Source: Candidatus Eiseniibacteriota bacterium (GTDB lineage: Bacteria; Eisenbacteria; RBG-16-71-46). Taken from it: a DNA stretch of 64,000 bases. Position numbers and translations under genes: made by a program. The notes beneath the pieces were generated by a model. The model was not told the origin of the DNA, did no database searches, and was given only the letters and a program-made list of their open reading frames with translations. Below are positions 10,615-19,957 of the stretch, piece after piece; the stretch's first letter is position 1; each line of letters opens with the position of its first letter. The stretch spans positions 896,001 through 960,000 of the forward strand of contig CAVQXP010000004.1 in NCBI GenBank assembly GCA_963717935.1, given 5' to 3'.

Positions 10615-12513
10615 ATGCGATCCGTTCCCCCGCCATCTTCCCCGTCCCTCCGTGCAGCGCTGATCCTCCTCGCCATGGTGAGCGTCGCCCTGCCCGCCCT
10701 CGGAGCGACGTGGACCGGGGGAGTCGACGTCCAGGTCAACCAGGATCCTCCCGTGCTCAATCAGAACGAGACGGCGCTGGCCCTCAACTGGAGTCTGCCG
10801 GGCAACCTGCTCATGGCCTACAACGACAACCCCTGGCCCGGCGGACCGGGGCTGGGCTACAGCTACAGCTTCGACAACGGGATGACCTGGACCGACGGGC
10901 ATCTCGCCCTTCCGCCCGGCATGGTCCAGTACCACGACCCGATGGCGGCCGCCGATCTCACGGGACGGTTCTACGCCGGTGGCTGCGCCAACGACAACGT
11001 CGTGAACGGCAACAGCGGCCTCTACGTCTACTCCTCGACGGACGGCGGGGCGACGTGGTCGGCGCCGGCCGTCGTGTCGTCCGACGGGCCCCAGCCGCTG
11101 CCCCAGCCCGCGACCCTCAACGACCGCGGGCACCTCGTGGTGGACACGCACGCCGCGAGCCCGTACGCGAATCACGTCCACCTGACCTGGATGAAGGACG
11201 TGGGCTCGACCGGTCCGTTCGGTGACACGTGGTTCAGCACCTCGCCTCCGGGCGGGACCTCGTTCAGCCCGCGGCTGCAGATCAGCGACCTCCCTTCCGG
11301 CACGTCGCGCAGCCACGCCCCCCACGTCGCGAGCGCCTCGGACGGGACCATCTACGTGGTGTGGGCCGACTACGACATCACGGTCTCCCAGAGCCCGGCC
11401 ACCTTCTGGCTCGACCGCTCCTACGACGGTGGCGCCAACTTCGGGCAGGACGTCCAGGTCCTCTCGGGGATCGCCACGGTGCCCCGGGTCTTCAGCTCCT
11501 TCCTCGGGCCCGACACGCAGGGGGACACGGCGCCCGTCATCGCCACGAATCCGCTCCAGCCGAACGAGGTCTACGTCGTCTACAACGCCGATCCGGATCC
11601 GGTGTTCACGGGTGACGAGGGCGACATCTTCTTCGTGAGGTCGCTGGACGGGGGGACCACCTGGAGCCTGCCCATCCCCGTCACCCAGCCCCCGTACAAC
11701 TCCGGCCCCCAGTACGCGCCCTGGATCGGCGTCAAGCCGAACGGCGTGATCGATGTCGCGTGGTACAGCGGCAATCTCGTCGATGGCCCCTATCCTCTCG
11801 ACTGGGGCGTGCTCATGAGCCAGAGCCGGGATGGCGGCACCACCTGGACCAGCCCCGCGCCGATCAGCGACGTGTGGACCCGCGCGCCGCGGAATCCCTT
11901 CGCCACCACCGGCTGGCTGGGCGAGTACCTCGCCCTGGTCGTGGACTCGACCTGGGCGTACGTCGGGTGGGCACAGGCGCGCGCCGATTCTCTCGGCGAC
12001 ATCTACTACGACCGTGTCAACAACATCGTGTTCGGGGACTGCGACGGGAACGGGATCCCCGACTACCAGGACCTCGCTGCCTGCGCGAGCGATCCGCGCT
12101 GCCTGGACTGCAACGGGAACCAGGTGCTGGACGGTTGTGACATCGACCCGGGCGATCCCGACGGCGACGGGTGCGTGAGCCTCGACGCCGACGGCGACCT
12201 GATCCCCGACGAATGCACCTCCTCGGGGGTCGGAGAGGGCGGCTCCGGGGGGATCGAGTTCCGCGCGCGGCCGAACCTTACGCGCGGTCCGGCGCGATTC
12301 CACTTCGGCACGGTGTTGCGGGCGGGCGGGACGGTGACGCTCTTCGATGCGACGGGTCGGATGGTGCGCGTCCTGGCCGTGGCGCCCGGGGCGGCGAGCG
12401 TCGCCTGGGACGGGACGAACGCAGGGGGCGAGATCGTCGCGGCGGGGACCTACTTCGCCAGGCTGGTCCACGAGGGCGGGAGCGCGAGGACGCGCCTCAT
12501 CGTGGCCCGCTGA
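10615..12513 (+). CDS. Secreted BNR/Asp-box (sialidase-like propeller) protein with Asp/Cys repeats and FlgD-Ig/CTD-like C-terminus
   Basis: Five S-x-D-[GN]-G-x-x-[WF] boxes; DCDGNGIPD, DCNGNQVLD, DADGDLIPDEC; tail TLFDATGRMVR...WDGTN...AAGTYFARL. Confidence 0.8.
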   Translation: MRSVPPPSSPSLRAALILLAMVSVALPALGATWTGGVDVQVNQDPPVLNQNETALALNWSLPGNLLMAYNDNPWPGGPGLGYSYSFDNGMTWTDGHLALPPGMVQYHDPMAAADLTGRFYAGGCANDNVVNGNSGLYVYSSTDGGATWSAPAVVSSDGPQPLPQPATLNDRGHLVVDTHAASPYANHVHLTWMKDVGSTGPFGDTWFSTSPPGGTSFSPRLQISDLPSGTSRSHAPHVASASDGTIYVVWADYDITVSQSPATFWLDRSYDGGANFGQDVQVLSGIATVPRVFSSFLGPDTQGDTAPVIATNPLQPNEVYVVYNADPDPVFTGDEGDIFFVRSLDGGTTWSLPIPVTQPPYNSGPQYAPWIGVKPNGVIDVAWYSGNLVDGPYPLDWGVLMSQSRDGGTTWTSPAPISDVWTRAPRNPFATTGWLGEYLALVVDSTWAYVGWAQARADSLGDIYYDRVNNIVFGDCDGNGIPDYQDLAACASDPRCLDCNGNQVLDGCDIDPGDPDGDGCVSLDADGDLIPDECTSSGVGEGGSGGIEFRARPNLTRGPARFHFGTVLRAGGTVTLFDATGRMVRVLAVAPGAASVAWDGTNAGGEIVAAGTYFARLVHEGGSARTRLIVAR

Positions 12514-12608
12514 GATGCGAGGGGGCCCGGGCGGAGTGGGCCGCCCGAAGACGGACGAAGCCGCCCCTCGCGGCCACCGGACGAGCGCCAACGCGGCCCC
12601 GGGCCGCG

Positions 12609-12638
12609 TTGACGCTCGGTGCCCCCGCGTCCTATAGT
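12609..12638 (+). promoter_or_regulatory. Sigma70-type promoter for the tRNA-Leu/smpB operon
   Basis: TTGACG-N18-TATAGT, 18 nt upstream of the tRNA. Confidence 0.7.
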
Positions 12639-12656
12639 GCGGCCCGCCGTTCACGT

Positions 12657-12743
12657 GCGGAAGTGGCGGAACTGGCAGACGCACTAGATTCAGGGTCTAG
12701 CGCCCGCAAGGGTGTGGGGGTTCAAATCCCCCCTTCCGCACCA
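12657..12743 (+). tRNA. tRNA-Leu(CAG)
   Basis: GCGGAAG/CTTCCGC acceptor stem, anticodon arm CTAGA-TTCAGGG-TCTAG, long variable arm, TTCAAAT, encoded CCA. Confidence 0.95.
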
Positions 12744-12837
12744 CGCTCCCATCCGTTGGATGGGCGCCTTCCCGCCATCCGGGCGAGTCAAGGCGGTCGT
12801 GCCCGTCCCACCGCCGGCCCCGCGGACGGTTCCTGCC

Positions 12838-13353
12838 ATGGCTCGTGAAGACTCCAGACCGACCTCCGAGCGGACCCGCGGGCCCTCGCCCGAGGATCGC
12901 CTCGTCGCCCAGAACCGCCGCGCCCACCACGACTACTTCATCCTCGAGACCTACGAAGCGGGCCTCGCACTGCGCGGCACCGAGGTGAAGAGCCTGCGCG
13001 CGGGCAAGGCCAGCCTGGCCGAAGCCTACGCCACGGTGGAGGGCAGCGAGGCCTGGGTGCTGCAGTTGCACATCCCGCCCTACGAGCAGGGCAACCGTGC
13101 GAACCCCGACCCGCTGCGCCGGCGCAAGCTCCTGCTGCACCGCGCCGAGATCGTGAAGCTCAAGGAGGCGGTGGCACGCAAGGGCCAGACGCTGGTGCCG
13201 CTCAAGCTCTACTTCGCTCGCGGCCACGCCAAGCTGCTGCTCGGCGTGGGCAAGGGCAAGAAGAACGTCGACAAGCGCCACGCGATCGCCGAGCGCGATG
13301 CGAAGCGCGAGATGGACCGCGCGCGGCGCGTTTCCCGGGAAGCGCGCGGGTGA
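12838..13353 (+). CDS. smpB: SsrA-binding protein
   Basis: NRRAHHDYFILETYEAGLALRGTEVKSLR, RKLLLH, GKGKK..DKR. Confidence 0.97.
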   Translation: MAREDSRPTSERTRGPSPEDRLVAQNRRAHHDYFILETYEAGLALRGTEVKSLRAGKASLAEAYATVEGSEAWVLQLHIPPYEQGNRANPDPLRRRKLLLHRAEIVKLKEAVARKGQTLVPLKLYFARGHAKLLLGVGKGKKNVDKRHAIAERDAKREMDRARRVSREARG

Positions 13354-14813
13354 GTCCGAGGCGCTGGATCGCGCGCGGGGCAGGCGTGGCGCTGCTCGCG
13401 CTGGCCGCGGGCTCCGGGTTCCGGGCGCCGTCTTCCGGCCTGGCCGCACCGGGGCCGCACCCGGCGTCCCCAATCGCGCTCCCGGCTACGCTCCCGGCCT
13501 TCGAGTCGGCGCCGGTGCTGCAGGTCGGGGGCGTGGCGTGCGTCGGGGCGAACGACCTCGCGCGGCTGCTCAAGGCGACCAAGTTCTGGCGTGCCGACGT
13601 GCGCAAGCTCGTGCTGCGCGCAGGCCCGCACCGGGTGACGCTCACGACGGACAACCCGTTCGCGGTCGTGGACGACCGCACCGTGTGGCTGCGCGCCCCG
13701 GTGGTCTCGCGGCGGGGCGAGTTGCAGGTGCCGGTCTCGCTGCTCGACTCGCTGCCCCGCGACAGCACGCTCGCGCGCCTGCTCTTCGAGCCGCGCCGTG
13801 GCGCCGTGGTCAGGGTGCCGCGCGGTGGCCTGGTGAGGAGCCCCGAGGTGACCGCCGACGACACGTTGACGCGCGTCGTCTTCCCGGTCGAGCGCGTGGC
13901 CGACGTCACCGTGGCGGGCCGGGCGCGCGGCCACTTCCGCGTGCGCCTTGCCGGGACGTTCGTGGGTGCGGCGCCCGAGTCGCTGCCACCCGCGAGCCTG
14001 GTGCGCGGGATCGCGCCGGTCGCGACGGCCAGGGGCAGCGTCTTCGAGCTGGAGGTGGCATCCGGCGCGGCGGGCTACCGGCTGGTGCGGGGCGGGGGCG
14101 CGGCGGACGCGGCGGCGGGGACGGTGGCGCTCGAATTCCCGCGCCTGTGGCGCGCGGGGCTCGAGGCGTTCGCGCTCGAGGCCCGGCCGTCGCGCGTGAG
14201 GGTGATCGTGCTCGACCCGGGCCACGGCGGGCCCGACGCGGGCGTGACCGCGGGGACCGACGTCGAGAAGGATCTCGCGCTCGCGCTCGCGCGGCTGGTG
14301 CGCACCGAACTCGGGCGCCGGCTCGGGGCCCAGGTCGTCCTGACGCGCGATGACGACCGCCCGCTCGCGCCGGAGCAGCGCGCCGAGATCGCGAACCGCG
14401 CGCGCGCCGACCTGGTGGTGTCGCTCCACTTCGACGCGGTGCCGGGCACGCAGCGCTCGGGCGCGACGGCCTGGTGCCCGCCCGCGAGGGTGGGAGCGCG
14501 TGAGGGCCCGCTCCTGCCGCGCGTGCCGCTCGTGCTGCTGCCGTGGCGCGAGGTCGCGCTCCGCCGGGCGGTGCTGAGCCGCGCGGCGGCCGAGGCGATC
14601 CTGGGCGCGTTGGACGCGTCCGGCGCGGGACCGGTACGGCTGCGCGAGCGGCTCATGGTCCCCCTGCTCGGCGTGGACGCGGCGGCCCTGATGCTCGATT
14701 GCGCGACGCTCGGCGCGATCCCCGACCGGATCCGCGTGGAGGACCCGCGCGGATTGCAGGAGCTGGCCGCCGCGATCGCCGAGGGCGTGGCGCGCTGGGC
14801 GAGAGGCGGATGA
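13350..14813 (+). CDS. N-acetylmuramoyl-L-alanine amidase family protein (Amidase_3)
   Basis: VIVLDPGHGG, EKDLAL, VLTR, RAEIAN, VSLH motifs; signal peptide. Confidence 0.85.
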   Translation: MSPRRWIARGAGVALLALAAGSGFRAPSSGLAAPGPHPASPIALPATLPAFESAPVLQVGGVACVGANDLARLLKATKFWRADVRKLVLRAGPHRVTLTTDNPFAVVDDRTVWLRAPVVSRRGELQVPVSLLDSLPRDSTLARLLFEPRRGAVVRVPRGGLVRSPEVTADDTLTRVVFPVERVADVTVAGRARGHFRVRLAGTFVGAAPESLPPASLVRGIAPVATARGSVFELEVASGAAGYRLVRGGGAADAAAGTVALEFPRLWRAGLEAFALEARPSRVRVIVLDPGHGGPDAGVTAGTDVEKDLALALARLVRTELGRRLGAQVVLTRDDDRPLAPEQRAEIANRARADLVVSLHFDAVPGTQRSGATAWCPPARVGAREGPLLPRVPLVLLPWREVALRRAVLSRAAAEAILGALDASGAGPVRLRERLMVPLLGVDAAALMLDCATLGAIPDRIRVEDPRGLQELAAAIAEGVARWARGG

Positions 14814-15403
14814 GGCGCGCACCCTCGAGCGAGCGTCCCGGGCGCCCGCGGCGCGGCGCGCGCGTGCTCGGGCTCGTCCTTGGCGGGCTCATTCTCGCTG
14901 TGCTAGCGTGGGCCGCGTGGCGCTGGAGCCTGCGCTCCGGCGAGGTGACGGTGGTGGATCCCGCGGCCGCGGACACCGCGGGCGCCGGCTTCCGGTCGGC
15001 GCGGCTCTGGTTCGTGGCGCGTACCGGTGACGCGCTGGTGAGCGAGCCGCGCGAGGTCATCGAGCAGACCGGCCTGCACGAGCGCGTGGCCGCGCTGCTG
15101 GACGAGCTCGTGCGCGGGCCGACGGGCGCGGGTCTGACGCTGCTGCCCGCGGGGACCTCGCTGCGGCATGTCTACCTGGACGACCGTGGGTTGCTCACGC
15201 TGGACCTGTCGGGCGCGTTCCGTTCCGGTTTCCGCGGCGGGGCGGGCGCCGAGGAGTTGGCGGTGGGCGCGTTGGTGCGCACGCTGGGCGACAACCTGCC
15301 CGAGGTGAGATGGGTGATGATCGTGTGCGAGGGCGCACCGCTCGCGAGCCTGGGCGGGCACCTGCCGCTCGACCGTCCGCTCGAGCTCGCGGACTGGCCA
15401 TGA
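14810..15403 (+). CDS. GerMN domain protein
   Basis: Single N-terminal TM helix; ELVRGP, LLPAGT, TLDLSG, LVRTL, SLGGH pattern. Confidence 0.75.
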   Translation: MRRAPSSERPGRPRRGARVLGLVLGGLILAVLAWAAWRWSLRSGEVTVVDPAAADTAGAGFRSARLWFVARTGDALVSEPREVIEQTGLHERVAALLDELVRGPTGAGLTLLPAGTSLRHVYLDDRGLLTLDLSGAFRSGFRGGAGAEELAVGALVRTLGDNLPEVRWVMIVCEGAPLASLGGHLPLDRPLELADWP

Positions 15404-15431
15404 GCGCTGGAACCGAACGGAGAGGAGCGGC

Positions 15432-16307
15432 GTGAGCGAGACCCGGGATCCACGGCCGATCGGCGTGTTCGACTCGGGCCTCGGCGGCCTGACCGCCGTG
15501 CGGGAGCTGTTCCGCGTGCTGCCCGGCGAGAGCGTGGTCTACTTCGGCGACACGGCCCGCGTGCCCTACGGCAGCAAGTCGCGCGAGACGGTGACGCGCT
15601 TCAGCCTCGAGATCGCGCGTTTCCTGATGCGCCAGGACATCAAGTGCCTGCTGGTGGCGTGCAACACCGCCTCGTCGTACGCGCTCGACACGCTCAAGCG
15701 CCAGTTCGAGATCCCCGTGGTGGGCGTGATCGACCCCGCCGCGGGCGTGGCGGTCACCGGTGGCGGCCGGGGCGTGCCCGTCGCCGGCGGTTCTCCGCCG
15801 CCGCGCATCGGCGTCATCGGCACGCAGGCCACGGTCGCCAGCGGCGCCTACGCCCGCGCCCTGGCGCAACTCGCCCCCGGCACCCACGTGGTCTCGCGGG
15901 CCTGCCCGCTGTTCGTGCCGCTCATCGAGGAAGGCTGGCTCAGCCACCCGGTCATGCGCAGCGTGGCCGAGGAGTACCTGGGCGAGCTGCGCGACGAGCG
16001 GCTCGATGGCCTGATCCTGGGCTGCACGCACTATCCGCTGATCGCGCCCCTGCTGCAGGACATCATCGGTCCGCAGGTGCGGCTCATCGACTCGGGCGCC
16101 GAGGCCGCGCTCGCCACGGCCGGCCTGCTGCGCCGGCGCGGCCTGCTCGCCGAAGCGGACCCCGCGCCGCAGCACCGTTTCTACCTGAGCGACGAGCGCC
16201 TCGACTTCGAACGCGTCGCCCGGGCCTTCCTGGGACGCGAGTTGCCGCCCACCGCGATCGTGGACCAGACCGACCTGCCGTGGTTCGAGCGCTCGATCCC
16301 GCGTTGA
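15432..16307 (+). CDS. murI: Glutamate racemase
   Basis: [33 protein letters not shown]. Confidence 0.97.
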   Translation: MSETRDPRPIGVFDSGLGGLTAVRELFRVLPGESVVYFGDTARVPYGSKSRETVTRFSLEIARFLMRQDIKCLLVACNTASSYALDTLKRQFEIPVVGVIDPAAGVAVTGGGRGVPVAGGSPPPRIGVIGTQATVASGAYARALAQLAPGTHVVSRACPLFVPLIEEGWLSHPVMRSVAEEYLGELRDERLDGLILGCTHYPLIAPLLQDIIGPQVRLIDSGAEAALATAGLLRRRGLLAEADPAPQHRFYLSDERLDFERVARAFLGRELPPTAIVDQTDLPWFERSIPR

Positions 16308-16368
16308 ACCGCGGTGGGGCCCGTCCGGCCCGTGTCCGGCGGGTGCCCCCGCTCGAGAGGAGTCCTTC

Positions 16369-17142
16369 GTGACCGAAAGCCCCAGGCCCGCCGCCGCGGG
16401 CGCCACGCCCGTTCCGGTCCGTCCCGACGGCCGTGGGCCGCGGGTGATGCGCCCGCTCAAGATCGAGCGTGGCGCCCTGTCCGCCGCCGAGGGCTCGGCC
16501 CTGGTGACGATGGGGCGCACGCGCGTCCTGTGCAGCGCCACGGTCGAGGACCGCCTGCCCGGCTGGCTGCGCGGGAAGGGTGGCGGCTGGGTGACCGCCG
16601 AGTACGGCATGCTGCCGCGCGCGACCACCGACCGCACGCCGCGCACGGCGCAGGCCGGCGGCCGCACGCACGAGATCCAGCGCCTGATCGGGCGCTCGCT
16701 GCGCGCGGTCACCGACCTGAAGGCCTTCGGCGAGCGCACCATCATCCTCGACTGCGACGTGCTCGAAGCCGACGCCGGCACGCGCACCGCGGCGATCAAC
16801 GGCGCCTTCGTCGCCCTGCACGACGCGTTCCTGAAGCTCTCGAACGCGGGCCACCTGAAGCAGTCGCCGTTCAGGGACACGGTCTCGGCGATCTCGGTCG
16901 GCCTGGTCGCGGGCGTGCCCTGCCTCGACCTCTGCTACGCCGAGGACTCGAAGGCCGAGGTGGACATGAACGTGGTGATGACCGGCGCGGGCCGCTTCGT
17001 CGAGGTCCAGGGCACGGGAGAGAGCACCACCTTCGACGCGGCCGAGCTGCGCGCCCTGCTCTCGCTCGCGCGTCTCGGCATCCGCCGGGTCACCGCCTAC
17101 CAGCGCCGCCTGCTCGGCGACTCCGGACTGCTGCCGCGCTGA
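16369..17142 (+). CDS. rph: Ribonuclease PH
   Basis: [41 protein letters not shown]. Confidence 0.97.
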   Translation: MTESPRPAAAGATPVPVRPDGRGPRVMRPLKIERGALSAAEGSALVTMGRTRVLCSATVEDRLPGWLRGKGGGWVTAEYGMLPRATTDRTPRTAQAGGRTHEIQRLIGRSLRAVTDLKAFGERTIILDCDVLEADAGTRTAAINGAFVALHDAFLKLSNAGHLKQSPFRDTVSAISVGLVAGVPCLDLCYAEDSKAEVDMNVVMTGAGRFVEVQGTGESTTFDAAELRALLSLARLGIRRVTAYQRRLLGDSGLLPR

Positions 17143-17190
17143 GCGGGCGCGCCGCGGGTGGGAGCGCCGTTCCACGCCCCGAGGGACCCC

Positions 17191-17823
17191 ATGGACTTCA
17201 TCCTCGCCACCTTCAACCGTGACAAGCAGCGGGAGCTCTCGGCGTTGCTGGGGTTGCCGGGGGTCGCGCTTCGCGCGCTCTGCGACGTGCCCGGCGCGGT
17301 CGCGCCCGAGGAGACCGGTGCCACCCTGCGCGAGAACGCGCTGTTGAAGGCGCGCGCGGCGCTCGCGCTCACGGGCAGGCCGGCGATCGCCGACGACACC
17401 GGGCTCGAGGTGGACGCGCTCGGCGGGCGGCCCGGCCTCCACGCCGCGCGCTACGCCGGGCCCGGGGCCACCTACGCCGGCAACCGCGCGAAGCTCCTGG
17501 CGGAGCTGGAAGGGGTCGAGCCCGCGCGGCGGGCGGCGCGCTTCCGCTGCGCCTGCGTCGCCTGCCTGCCGGACGGGCGCGAGCTGGTGGCCGAGGGCGT
17601 GCTCGAGGGCCGCATCACGCTGGCGCCGCGCGGCGCGAACGGCTTCGGCTACGACCCGGTGTTCGAGGTCTCGCAGCTCGGTCGCACCATGGCCGAGTTG
17701 TCCGACGACGAGAAGAACGCGCTCTCGCACCGCGCCCACGCCGTGCGCGCGCTGGCGGTGCAGCTCGCGCAGGCGGTGCCTGCCCTGCGCCCGGGCGGCG
17801 ACGCCGGAGAGGCGGGCCGATGA
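17191..17823 (+). CDS. rdgB: Non-canonical purine NTP pyrophosphatase (RdgB/HAM1)
   Basis: ATFNRDK, EETGATLRENALLKA, ADDTGLEVDAL, GFGYDPVF, SHR. Confidence 0.95.
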   Translation: MDFILATFNRDKQRELSALLGLPGVALRALCDVPGAVAPEETGATLRENALLKARAALALTGRPAIADDTGLEVDALGGRPGLHAARYAGPGATYAGNRAKLLAELEGVEPARRAARFRCACVACLPDGRELVAEGVLEGRITLAPRGANGFGYDPVFEVSQLGRTMAELSDDEKNALSHRAHAVRALAVQLAQAVPALRPGGDAGEAGR

Positions 17824-19880
17824 ACCGCGGCAGGGCGCGTCCGTCGCCGAAGGCGGCATCCGCGGGTCCCGCCCGGCCCGCGCGCGCGGCCGTCCCGGCC
17901 GCACCCCCGCTGCATCTCACTCATCCGGCCATGCTCTTCGCCGCGCTGGTGTGTGCCGCCATCGTGGTCCTGTCCGTCACGTACGACGTCTACGATCCGG
18001 ACCAGTGGCAGCACCTGACCGTGGGCCGCTTCATCTGGGAGCAGCATCGCTTCCCCACGGTCCAACTCTGGACCTGGCCCACCTACGGCACGAAGGAGGT
18101 GGACTACGCCTGGGGCTTCGAGGCGCTGGCCTGGCCGTTCTGGAAACTGGGTGGCGTATCCGGCCTGTATGTCTGGCGCTGGTTCACCACGCTGGCGGTC
18201 TTCGGCCTGGTCTGGGCTGCCGCGCGCCGCATGGGGGCGAAGGGGCTCGTGCCGCTCGTGGTGATCGCGCTGTGCGCGGTGATCTACCGCGGGCGCACCC
18301 AGGTGCGCCCCGAGACCCTGGCGGCGGTCCTGCTCGCGGCCGAGATCTGGCTGCTCGAGTGGCGCCGGCACGGCGGGCGCGTGAATCCCGCGTGGCTCGT
18401 GCTCATCGCCTGGGTCTGGGCCAACGCGCACATCTCCTACTACCTGTTCTTCGTGGTGCTCGGCATCCACGTGCTCGCCGCGCACCTGCCGCCGCGGCGG
18501 GCGGGGGCCCCGCCGGTGCGCGGGTTGTGGCTCACGGGGCTCGCCGCGGCGGCCATCTCCTTCGTCAATCCCTCGGGGTGGCGGACGCTCTGGCAGCCGT
18601 TCGAATTCTGGCTGGTGTGGCGGCACGAGCTCATCTACCAGGTCATCGGCGAGATGGGCCCGGTGCAGTGGTCGATCCACATGAGGGACGGCCTGCCGCT
18701 GGTCCTCGTCCTGTGGCCGGTCCTCGCGCTCCTGCGCCTGCGCCGCGGCGGCCTCGACCGGGTCGAAGTCATGATGTGCATCGTCTTCACGGCGATGCTC
18801 CTGGTGGGTCAGCGCTTCACCGGCGTCTACGCCCTCGTCGCCGCGGTCTACCTCGCGCGCGACCTCGACGAATGGATCCGCGGCGCGCGCGTGCCCGCGT
18901 GGGGGGCGCGCCCGTGGGCGCGCGGCGGTCTTGCGGCGGCGGCTTGCGCGCTCGTCAGCCTGCCGGCCCTCTCCGGGCCCGGGTACCCCCTCCGCCTCCA
19001 CCTGCCGGGGAAGCACGCTCCCATCGGCGCCAGCGACTTCATCCACCGCCACGACATCCACGGGCGTCTCTTCAACCAGTTCGGCTACGGCGGCTACCTG
19101 TGTTTCCGCTTCTGGCCGCGCCGCGACCAGCTCCCGTTCATGGGCATCCACCAGGAGGGGTCGAAGGAGCTGCGGCACCTCTACATGCTCGCCTCGTACC
19201 GGCAGGACGCCTGGCGGCTGCTCGAGGAGCACTTCCGCTTCGACTACATCGTGCTGATGCGCAAGCTCGCGCCCGACGACAGTCTCCTGGCGTTCGTGGG
19301 GCGCGATACGGCCTGGACGCGCGTCTTCGGCGATGACGGGGCCTGCGTCTTCGTGCGCCGCGATGGCCCGTACGCGCGTCTGGCCGCCGACTCGGGGTAC
19401 ACGGTGATCCCGACCGACCCGGCGCAGTTCCCCGCCTTCGGCCAGGCCACCACGGGCGACTCGCTCCTGCGGCGCCGGGCCGAGCGCGAGCTGTGGCGCG
19501 AGGTGGCTGGCTCGCCCCACCACGCCGAGGCGCTGGGGCTGCTCGCGAACATCGCCTTCACCGAGGGCCGCTGGGACGACGCGCGGCGCCAGCTCGAAGA
19601 GGCGCTCCGCATCGAGCCCCTGACCCTGTCCGCGCGGGAGAAGCTCGGCATCGTCGCCCTGCAGCAGGGCCACCCGCGCGAGGCGCTGCGCTGGTTCGAG
19701 CAGGAGCGGCGCGTTCTGGGCTACCGGGGCGTGATCGATCTGCGCCGCGGGCAGGTCGCACAGGCGCTGGGCGACCTGCGGCGGGCCCGCAGCCTGTACC
19801 GGCGGGAGGTCGAACGAGCCCCCGACAACCAGGAGGCCCGGGACTCGCTGGAGTCGGTGACGGCGAGACTCGGGAGGTAG
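17820..19880 (+). CDS. Polytopic membrane protein with C-terminal TPR repeats (GT-C-like)
   Basis: About ten TM helices, DPDQWQHL, RPE, WANAH, FVNP motifs; C-terminal helical TPR-like repeats. Confidence 0.65.
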   Translation: MNRGRARPSPKAASAGPARPARAAVPAAPPLHLTHPAMLFAALVCAAIVVLSVTYDVYDPDQWQHLTVGRFIWEQHRFPTVQLWTWPTYGTKEVDYAWGFEALAWPFWKLGGVSGLYVWRWFTTLAVFGLVWAAARRMGAKGLVPLVVIALCAVIYRGRTQVRPETLAAVLLAAEIWLLEWRRHGGRVNPAWLVLIAWVWANAHISYYLFFVVLGIHVLAAHLPPRRAGAPPVRGLWLTGLAAAAISFVNPSGWRTLWQPFEFWLVWRHELIYQVIGEMGPVQWSIHMRDGLPLVLVLWPVLALLRLRRGGLDRVEVMMCIVFTAMLLVGQRFTGVYALVAAVYLARDLDEWIRGARVPAWGARPWARGGLAAAACALVSLPALSGPGYPLRLHLPGKHAPIGASDFIHRHDIHGRLFNQFGYGGYLCFRFWPRRDQLPFMGIHQEGSKELRHLYMLASYRQDAWRLLEEHFRFDYIVLMRKLAPDDSLLAFVGRDTAWTRVFGDDGACVFVRRDGPYARLAADSGYTVIPTDPAQFPAFGQATTGDSLLRRRAERELWREVAGSPHHAEALGLLANIAFTEGRWDDARRQLEEALRIEPLTLSAREKLGIVALQQGHPREALRWFEQERRVLGYRGVIDLRRGQVAQALGDLRRARSLYRREVERAPDNQEARDSLESVTARLGR

Positions 19881-19957
19881 CGCGGTCTCCGGCCGGCAGG
19901 GGAGCGTGGTCGCCGTGCGCTTGAGTCCCGGCCGTGGCAGGTCGTAGGGTCCGGCTC

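Noticed and set aside
9202..12684. Long antisense and alternative-frame ORFs (this one and many others in the track)
   Set aside because: Arg/Ala/Gly/Pro-rich shadow ORFs are expected at very high GC and overlap recognisable genes.
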